Assembly: GCA_039920305.1 (NCBI GenBank)
Contig: JBDSEA010000035.1
Span: 1 to 43,481, forward strand
Direction of reading: 5' to 3'
Source of the DNA: Chitinophagales bacterium
GTDB lineage: Bacteria > Bacteroidota > Bacteroidia > Chitinophagales > UBA10324
Length of the DNA stretch: 43,481 bases
Shown: piece after piece, positions 37,058 through 43,481 of the stretch
Position numbering within the stretch: the first letter of the stretch is position 1
Layout: every line of letters starts with the position of its first letter
Notes under the pieces: model-generated
Databases searched by the model: none
The model's input: the letters and a program-made list of their open reading frames with translations, nothing else
What the model was told of the DNA's origin: nothing
Program-made: the position numbers and the translations under genes

Positions 37058-37082
37058 GAGGAACTTGAAACCTCTCAGGTTA

Positions 37083-37589
37083 ATGTCAAGAATCTTTCTC
37101 ATCGGCTTCATGGGTTCCGGAAAAACTTTTCTCGGAAAACAACTTGCTCAGTTGTTGAATTACGAATTCATTGATCTCGACGAGGCAATCGAAAAAGAAG
37201 GAGGTGTTTCAATAGCTGAAATTTTTTCTGCAAATGGAGAGGAGTATTTCCGAAACGAAGAATCTTCGGTGCTGAAATCAATTTCGCAAAAACAAAATGT
37301 GGTTGTTGCTACAGGCGGGGGAACACCCTGCTTTTATGACAATATGAAATGGATGAATGATCACGGCCTCACCGTTTATCTCAAGCTTACACCTGAATTC
37401 CTGTTTCAGCGGTTAAAACCTGAAACTCTTCATCGTCCGCTGCTAAGCGGAAAATCTGAGGAGCAGCTGAAATTCTACATCAGTTCAAAATTAGACGAGC
37501 GAAAACCATATTACGCCATGTCGCACATTACGGTGAAGGCTAATGAAATTGCTGCACCCGCAATTGCCACATTGATTACTGAGTTTTAA
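37083..37589 (+). CDS. aroK: Shikimate kinase.
   Basis: Walker A (IFLIGFMGSGKT), FIDLD and ATGGG motifs are present. I use ATG 37083 rather than the ORF-track TTG at 37065. Confidence 0.9.
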   Translation: MSRIFLIGFMGSGKTFLGKQLAQLLNYEFIDLDEAIEKEGGVSIAEIFSANGEEYFRNEESSVLKSISQKQNVVVATGGGTPCFYDNMKWMNDHGLTVYLKLTPEFLFQRLKPETLHRPLLSGKSEEQLKFYISSKLDERKPYYAMSHITVKANEIAAPAIATLITEF

Positions 37590-37596
37590 CAGCAGC

Positions 37597-37659
37597 GCGC
37601 TATGCTCCCCTCTGAGTTGCTATGACACCTTCTCGAATGAATGGAGCATATCGCTTTTA
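37597..37659 (+). terminator. Long-range stem followed by a T-run downstream of aroK (terminator-like or structured element).
   Basis: GCGCTATGCTCC (37597-37608) pairs with GGAGCATATCGC (37643-37654) at 11 of 12 positions. The stem encloses 34 nt and is followed by TTTT. Confidence 0.3.
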
Positions 37660-37744
37660 CACTAATTCTTCTGCTGGTATTTAATCTCTCCACACTCTGA
37701 CTGAGGTGTTCTTTCATGGGGTAAAAAATAAATTTTCCACATTT

Positions 37745-37780
37745 GTGTAAAGAAGTGTAATAAAGTGTAAAAAATGTATT
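37745..37780 (+). promoter_or_regulatory. Putative MraZ operator: GTGTAA direct repeats phased at exactly 10 bp.
   Basis: GTGTAA occurs at 37745-37750, 37755-37760 and 37765-37770. A degenerate fourth copy (TGTATT) lies at 37775-37780. The array sits immediately upstream of the -7 box and of mraZ. Confidence 0.55.
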
Positions 37781-37788
37781 TACATTTG
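37781..37788 (+). promoter_or_regulatory. Bacteroidota-type -7 promoter box for the dcw operon.
   Basis: TACATTTG ends 17 nt upstream of the mraZ ATG at 37806. Confidence 0.45.
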
Positions 37789-37805
37789 GAACGCGATTTC
37801 ACTCC

Positions 37806-38270
37806 ATGCAGAAAACAGATTTCAACGGCGAGTATCCGGTCACACTTGACAGCAAGAGTCGTATCCTTTTTCCTGCAGCTTTAAAAAAGCAGGTCCCGGT
37901 AAATGCCAGGAACACCTTCATGATGCTGCGGGCAACTGACAAATGCCTGGTGATGTATGCAATTCACGACTGGGAAATACTAAGTAATACCGTAAGAAAA
38001 ATCAGTCACTTCAATCAGGACAATATTGATGCGTTGCGATTCCTCTTTGATGGTGCCACGAAAGTCATCATTGATAATTCGAACCGGATCATGATTCCCA
38101 AAACATTATTGCATTATGCCGGGATAAAAAAAGACATCATTATCAAGGCCTTTCTGAATCGAATTGAGATATGGGATGAAAGGTTTTTCCATCAAAACAG
38201 AGTGAAGGATATGCCGGCGAAACAGAAGAAGGTGCAGAAAGTGCTGGGAACAATGACGTTTGAATGGTGA
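37806..38270 (+). CDS. mraZ: Transcriptional regulator MraZ.
   Basis: Two SpoVT/AbrB-like halves each carry a DxxxR motif (LDSKSRILFP, IDNSNRIMIP). The gene is first in the dcw cluster. Confidence 0.95.
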   Translation: MQKTDFNGEYPVTLDSKSRILFPAALKKQVPVNARNTFMMLRATDKCLVMYAIHDWEILSNTVRKISHFNQDNIDALRFLFDGATKVIIDNSNRIMIPKTLLHYAGIKKDIIIKAFLNRIEIWDERFFHQNRVKDMPAKQKKVQKVLGTMTFEW

Positions 38271-38309
38271 CCGTTCGACAATGAGAAAAAATTAATTGAA
38301 AGCTGAAAT

Positions 38310-39278
38310 GTGAAAGAAGAAAATCCCGGTATAAATAAGACGAAACCTGAAATCTTCCATGTTCCTGTCTTACTGAATGAAGCCATAGAAGGATTAAACA
38401 TTAAAAATGAGGGGGTATATGTAGATGCAACATTCGGAGGCGGCGGACATACGAAAGCGATTCTTGAAAAACTGTCCGGGGGATTTCTGTCAGGGAATGA
38501 AGGAAGGTTGTTCGCCTTTGATCAGGATGAAGCAGCAGAAAAAAATATAATGATGAATGAGCGGTTGATTTTTATCAGGCAAAATTTCATACATATTAAA
38601 AGGATGCTAAGGGTTCATGGCATAACCAAGGTTGACGGGGTGCTTGCTGACCTTGGTGTTTCATCTTTTCAGGTTGACAATGCTTATCGTGGATTTGCTC
38701 ACCGCCTCGAAGGGGTACTGGATATGCGGATGGATGAACAGAATGAAAAAACAGCAGCCCTGATTGTCAACACCTATTCCGAAGCTCTATTACAGAAAAT
38801 ATTCAGTGAATACGGAGAAGTAAGAAATGCAAAAACACTGGCTGAAAAAATCACTGAAGCACGGAAAGAGAAAAGTATAAATACGATTAAAGAATTCATC
38901 ATGGTGATTGATGGATGTATCAGGGGGAACCGCAACCGTTACCTGGCCCAGGTATTTCAGGCGCTGCGCATGGAAGTAAACGACGAGTTAAATGCACTGA
39001 AAGATTTGCTCAGGCAAAGCATGGAAATACTAAATACCGGCGGGAGGCTCGTGGTGATTTCCTATCATTCCCTTGAAGACCGCATCGTTAAAAATTTTAT
39101 ACGGTCAGGAAATACGGATGGAATCGAAATAAAGGATGGTTTCGGCAACAAGGAAAAATTCTTCATGCCTGTCAACAAAAAACCTGTTGAAGCATCAGCA
39201 ATGGAGATTAAAATAAATCCAAGGGCACGAAGCGCTAAAATGAGAATTGCAGAAAGACTTAAAGTAGAACTCAGATGA
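38310..39278 (+). CDS. rsmH: 16S rRNA (cytosine1402-N4)-methyltransferase.
   Basis: Motifs HVPVLLNEAIEGL, DATFGGGGHT, DLGVSSFQ and ISYHSLEDRIVK match. The start codon is GTG. Confidence 0.95.
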   Translation: MKEENPGINKTKPEIFHVPVLLNEAIEGLNIKNEGVYVDATFGGGGHTKAILEKLSGGFLSGNEGRLFAFDQDEAAEKNIMMNERLIFIRQNFIHIKRMLRVHGITKVDGVLADLGVSSFQVDNAYRGFAHRLEGVLDMRMDEQNEKTAALIVNTYSEALLQKIFSEYGEVRNAKTLAEKITEARKEKSINTIKEFIMVIDGCIRGNRNRYLAQVFQALRMEVNDELNALKDLLRQSMEILNTGGRLVVISYHSLEDRIVKNFIRSGNTDGIEIKDGFGNKEKFFMPVNKKPVEASAMEIKINPRARSAKMRIAERLKVELR

Positions 39279-39682
39279 AAGAAATCAATTCAGTAAGGGA
39301 AGATGCTGCGCCACAATCTGATCCTGTTGCCGAAGAAAAGCTGCAGCGCAGGCCTTCAAAAAAGAACTGGCTCTATGAATCGCTGGACCTGAGCCGTCTT
39401 GTTCATCACCGGACCGTCATAAGAAATCTTCCTTTCATATTCTTTTTAGCGGGGGTCGGAATTCTTTACATCGCTAATTCACACTATGCAGAAAAAAATG
39501 TGAGGGAAATAGATCAGATCGAAAAACAATTGAACGAGCTGCGATGGGAATACATGACTACTAAATCCCAGCTCGAATACCTGAGTAAACAATCTGAAGT
39601 GGCAAAAATGGTGGAGCCGGCAGGGTTGAAGCAGTTACGTGAGCCTCCGAATAAAATTGTTACGATAGTCAATGAGCAATAA
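39275..39682 (+). CDS. ftsL: FtsL-like cell-division protein.
   Basis: An ATGA overlap joins it to rsmH. It has a single TM (LPFIFFLAGVGILYIANS) followed by a coiled-coil, and it lies between rsmH and ftsI. Confidence 0.7.
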   Translation: MKEINSVREDAAPQSDPVAEEKLQRRPSKKNWLYESLDLSRLVHHRTVIRNLPFIFFLAGVGILYIANSHYAEKNVREIDQIEKQLNELRWEYMTTKSQLEYLSKQSEVAKMVEPAGLKQLREPPNKIVTIVNEQ

Positions 39683-41792
39683 AAAAGAAATTTTCTGGAG
39701 AATCGGATTGGCCTACCTCATGCTGATACTTCTTGGCATCGGTATTATCTCCCAGGTCTTCTATATTCAAAATGTAAAGGGCAGCTACTACCGCTCCCTT
39801 GCTGATAGCATCACTACAAAGTATGCAACAGTAGCAGCGGAGCGCGGTAACATTTATTCAACTGACGGAAGATTGCTTGCAACATCACTTCCTTCTTTTG
39901 AATTAAGAATGGATATGAAGGCGGACGGACTTACTAAAGATGTATTCCGGAAAAATATTGATTCGCTCAGCTTATGCATGACAAGTTTTTTCAAAGACAA
40001 ATCTTCTTCCGATTATAAAAAAATTTTTGTGGCAGCCCGCTCGCGCGGTGAGCGCTATTTCCTGGTGAAGAAAGATGTGAGTTATCCTGATCTGCAGACG
40101 ATTAAGAAATTTCCGATTTTACGTTTCGGCCAGTTCAAAGGGGGCTTCATCGTCATTCAGCATAACAAGAGGCAATATCCATTCAGAGAACTGGCCAACC
40201 GTACAATCGGTTACATGCGCGATGCAACAGTACAACCCGTAGGTCTTGAAGGTAAATTTAATTCACAGCTTAAAGGCATTCCGGGTAAGCGCCTGATGCA
40301 AAAAGTTTCCGGTGGCGAATTTCTTCCAATAAACGATAAGAATGAAATAGATCCTCAAAATGGCAAGGACATCATTACAACCCTTGATGTAAATCTCCAG
40401 GATGTTGCAGAAGATGCATTGATGAAATCCCTCATAGAAAACAAGGCTGATCACGGGTGCTGCGTGGTGATGGATGTGAAAACAGGAGCAATCCGGGCAA
40501 TGGCAAATCTCGGAAAACAGGATAATGGAAGCTATGCAGAAGATTACAACTATTCAGTAGGCGAAAGTCATGAGCCTGGCTCTACGTTCAAGCTTGCTTC
40601 TATCATTGCGCTGCTTGAAGACGGATATGTTAACCTGGATGATACTGTTGATCTTGAGCTTGGCATTCATTCCTACTGGAATGGTAACTACAGGCAGGTC
40701 ATGCATGATGCCGAGCGTCATTCACTGCACCGGGTAAATATTATTTCTGCGTTCGCTCATTCATCCAATGTGGGTATCTCAAAGCTCGTGGATGAGTTTT
40801 ACCGTAATAATCCCGAAAAATATTTACAGCATCTGCACCACCTGCGGTTAGATCAGATGCTCAATATTGAAATTCCCGGAGAGCGACAGCCATTAATCAA
40901 AAAAATTAGTGACAAAACCTTTACCCGCTTTTCATTGCCCTGGATGAGCGTCGGATATGAGGTAAAAATGTCTCCGCTTCAAATTCTTACCCTTTACAAT
41001 GCCGTTGCAAACAACGGCAAAATGATGAAGCCATATCTTGTAGAAGCAATTGACGAATATGGTCAGCCCCAGCAGCAGTTTCATCCTGTGGTGCTTGAAC
41101 AAAAAATATGCTCTGAGCAAACACTGAGTGCTCTTCGCACCTTACTGGTGTCTGTTGTTGATAGCGGAACAGGACGTTCCTTAAGAAATCCCAACTATTT
41201 GATTGCAGGTAAAACAGGCACTGCCCAAATTGCCGACGAAACACGGAAGTATGCTGATAAAATTTATCAGTCATCATTCGTGGGATACTTTCCTGCTGAT
41301 CATCCCCTTTATTCATGCATTGTTGTTGTAAATGCACCATCAAATGGCATCTATTACGGAGCAGCTGTTGCCGGCCCGGTATTCAAAGAACTTGCTGATA
41401 AAGTTTTTTCAAGTGACCTCGGCTTGCATCAATCCATTGAAGCGCATTTAAACGATTCTCTGGTTTTACCCAAAATCAAGTCAGGATCCAAAAGTGATCT
41501 TACAGCAGTGTGCAGAAATCTTGGAATTCAACATCGGTCAAATTCAGAAAGTGACTGGGTGAATGTTACGGCAACAGGAGATCAAATAGTGATGACTGAT
41601 AAAAAAGAGCTGGAGGAAACAGGGATTGTACCCGATGTAAAGGGCATGGGGTTACGCAATGCAATCTACCTTCTTGAAAGCTCAGGATTGAAAGTTAATG
41701 CACGGGGGGCAGGCAGTGTGACATCACAAAGCATTCAACCCGAAACAAAATTTGAAAAGGGGCAAGTAATAACGATCACGCTCAGCTTGTAA
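39672..41792 (+). CDS. ftsI: Class B penicillin-binding protein (FtsI/PBP3-type transpeptidase) with a C-terminal PASTA domain.
   Basis: An N-terminal TM is followed by STFK, SSN and KTGT transpeptidase motifs. The C-terminal VPDVKGMGLRNAIYLLESSGLKV...ITITL is a PASTA-like module. Confidence 0.9.
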   Translation: MSNKKEIFWRIGLAYLMLILLGIGIISQVFYIQNVKGSYYRSLADSITTKYATVAAERGNIYSTDGRLLATSLPSFELRMDMKADGLTKDVFRKNIDSLSLCMTSFFKDKSSSDYKKIFVAARSRGERYFLVKKDVSYPDLQTIKKFPILRFGQFKGGFIVIQHNKRQYPFRELANRTIGYMRDATVQPVGLEGKFNSQLKGIPGKRLMQKVSGGEFLPINDKNEIDPQNGKDIITTLDVNLQDVAEDALMKSLIENKADHGCCVVMDVKTGAIRAMANLGKQDNGSYAEDYNYSVGESHEPGSTFKLASIIALLEDGYVNLDDTVDLELGIHSYWNGNYRQVMHDAERHSLHRVNIISAFAHSSNVGISKLVDEFYRNNPEKYLQHLHHLRLDQMLNIEIPGERQPLIKKISDKTFTRFSLPWMSVGYEVKMSPLQILTLYNAVANNGKMMKPYLVEAIDEYGQPQQQFHPVVLEQKICSEQTLSALRTLLVSVVDSGTGRSLRNPNYLIAGKTGTAQIADETRKYADKIYQSSFVGYFPADHPLYSCIVVVNAPSNGIYYGAAVAGPVFKELADKVFSSDLGLHQSIEAHLNDSLVLPKIKSGSKSDLTAVCRNLGIQHRSNSESDWVNVTATGDQIVMTDKKELEETGIVPDVKGMGLRNAIYLLESSGLKVNARGAGSVTSQSIQPETKFEKGQVITITLSL

Positions 41793-41968
41793 AACATAAC
41801 TGATGAATGCTGTCTGATATCCGTATCCGGGAGCAGGTGAAATTGATGATTGATGAAAATGCAGCACAGACAACAAGATTAAACAACAATGCCGGTACGT
41901 GCGGAATGTATATAAAAAGGTAAACAAGAATGGAATCCTGATCCCGTTTAACCGGAATAAATAATTGA

Positions 41969-43435
41969 GTGAAAAAACTATCTGATATACTATATAAAAT
42001 TTCACTGGTCGAGATCAGTGGTTCCACTGCTATTGAGGTGAATGACGTATGCTTTGATTCGAGAAAAGTGCATGCAGGAAGCTTATTCGTTGCCACCCGG
42101 GGTGTTAAAATGGATAGTCATTCATTCATTTCTGAATCTGAAAAAAAAGGAGCTGTTGCAATTGTATGTGAAAATTTTCCGACGCACAAAAGTGAAGGGA
42201 TTACTTATATTAAAGTGGCTGACAGTTCAATAGCACTTGCAATTGCTGCGGAAAATTTTTACGGCAATCCTTCATCACGTCTAAAAGTAATTGCAGTAAC
42301 CGGCACCAATGGAAAAACCACTGTTGCCACGCTCCTGAGCAACTTGTGCAGCGGGTTAAACTATAAATGCGGCTTGATCTCAACCGTTGAAAACCGCATT
42401 AACGGCAAAACCATTCCTTCGAATCACACTACTCCCGATGCTGTGCAACTGAGCGCATTACTGAGTGAAATGGTGAAGGCAGGCTGTGTATTCTGTTTCA
42501 TGGAAGCAAGTTCGCATGCCATTCATCAGAATCGCATTGCAGGGTTAAAATTTTCGGGGGCCATTTTCACCAATCTCTCGCACGATCATCTTGATTACCA
42601 CAAAACATTCAAGGAGTATATCGCGGCGAAGAAGAAGCTTTTTGATCAGCTTCCAGCCGATGCCTTTGCTCTTGTAAATTCCGATGACAAGCATGGCGCC
42701 GTCATGCTTCAGAATACCCGTGCCCGCGCCTACACATATGCCTTTCAGTCAACCGCTGATTTCAGAGCACGCATACTTGAAATAAGCTTTAACGGGATGG
42801 TTATGCAGATTGATGGCGAGGAAGTTTATACACCTGTGGTAGGAAGCTTTAATGGTTATAACCTGCTGGCTATTTATGCCGCAGCCTTAATCCTTGGGGA
42901 ACAAAAGATTCCGGTGCTTACCGTAATCAGCAAACTAAAACCTGCAGAGGGCAGATTCGATTACGTATTGAGCGAGAAAAATAAAATCATGGGTATCGTG
43001 GATTATGCGCATACGCCTGATGCGCTTGAGAAGATGCTGATAACCATCAGAGAGATCAGAACAGGTAATGAAAAGCTCATCACTATAGTCGGCTGCGGGG
43101 GCGATCGGGATGTGGCGAAGAGACCGGTGATGGCGAAAGTTGCAAGTGAATTGAGTGATCAGATCATTCTCACTTCTGACAATCCGAGAAGCGAAGAGCC
43201 GGATTCGATCCTGGAGCAAATGCAGAAGGGAATTGTGCCGGAAAAACTATCACGTACCCTAACCATCAGTGACCGGCGGGAAGCAATTCGCACAGCAGTT
43301 TCAATATCCGGCAAGGGTGATATTATTCTACTTGCGGGAAAAGGGCATGAAAAGTATCAGGAGATAAAAGGGATAAAACATCCTTTCGATGATAAGATTG
43401 AATTGAAGGAAGCATTCAGGACAATGGATAAGTAA
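41969..43435 (+). CDS. murE: UDP-N-acetylmuramoyl-L-alanyl-D-glutamate--2,6-diaminopimelate ligase.
   Basis: Motifs VTGTNGKTT, EASSHA, GGDRD, DNPRSE and AGKGHE match. GTG 41969 is the first codon after an in-frame TGA. Confidence 0.95.
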   Translation: MKKLSDILYKISLVEISGSTAIEVNDVCFDSRKVHAGSLFVATRGVKMDSHSFISESEKKGAVAIVCENFPTHKSEGITYIKVADSSIALAIAAENFYGNPSSRLKVIAVTGTNGKTTVATLLSNLCSGLNYKCGLISTVENRINGKTIPSNHTTPDAVQLSALLSEMVKAGCVFCFMEASSHAIHQNRIAGLKFSGAIFTNLSHDHLDYHKTFKEYIAAKKKLFDQLPADAFALVNSDDKHGAVMLQNTRARAYTYAFQSTADFRARILEISFNGMVMQIDGEEVYTPVVGSFNGYNLLAIYAAALILGEQKIPVLTVISKLKPAEGRFDYVLSEKNKIMGIVDYAHTPDALEKMLITIREIRTGNEKLITIVGCGGDRDVAKRPVMAKVASELSDQIILTSDNPRSEEPDSILEQMQKGIVPEKLSRTLTISDRREAIRTAVSISGKGDIILLAGKGHEKYQEIKGIKHPFDDKIELKEAFRTMDK

Positions 43436-43481
43436 GCAGAGCTAATTAAGAGGGGAACAAGCGGGTATTCCTGCTAAACCC

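Noticed and set aside
1-43481. A search for CRISPR arrays, rRNA and tRNA genes, transposases or integrases, and prophage or defence-system genes.
   Set aside because: I found no regularly spaced repeat arrays, no rRNA-like or foldable tRNA-like sequences, and no ORF with recombinase, nuclease, or toxin-type motifs that I could recognise. A scan by eye could miss short or divergent elements.

Overview
This is a chromosomal segment of a Bacteroidota-type genome. The evidence for that placement is three proteins with type-A T9SS C-terminal sorting domains, TAnnTTTG -7 promoter boxes a short distance upstream of several start codons, and many tightly packed or overlapping genes. About 36 protein genes are supportable. 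Left to right they are: an edge-truncated Big_2-repeat adhesin that the ORF track missed; a roughly 1-kb AT-rich gene-free gap holding a decayed umuC-like remnant; a beta-barrel OMP; a sugar-MFS/folK/rtcB string; a mitochondrial-type citrate synthase; a Nudix hydrolase; and a T9SS-tagged PQQ sugar dehydrogenase. Next comes a Wzx/Wzy-type polysaccharide locus (GT4, flippase, Wzz-like, O-antigen-ligase-like). It converges on a GT2 / 88-aa protein / GAF-PP2C phosphatase / methyltransferase string. Then follow a 1121-aa Asp-box T9SS protein, a TonB-dependent receptor, ribH, an MBL hydrolase, an OMP, a ROK kinase, an M43 metalloprotease, a TPR lipoprotein, folP divergent from DUF1599 plus a DoxX-like protein, two AT-rich beta-propeller-like secreted proteins, aroK, and the start of the dcw cluster (mraZ-rsmH-ftsL-ftsI-murE). 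I found no rRNA, tRNA, CRISPR array, transposase, integrase or recognisable defence or toxin genes. I could not identify a convincing new system. The best candidates for follow-up are the GT2/small protein/GAF-PP2C/methyltransferase module, the folP-DUF1599-DoxX-like linkage, the AT-rich beta-propeller pair, and the phased GTGTAA repeats upstream of mraZ. All functional calls rest on motifs read by eye, so they need HMM or BLAST confirmation.
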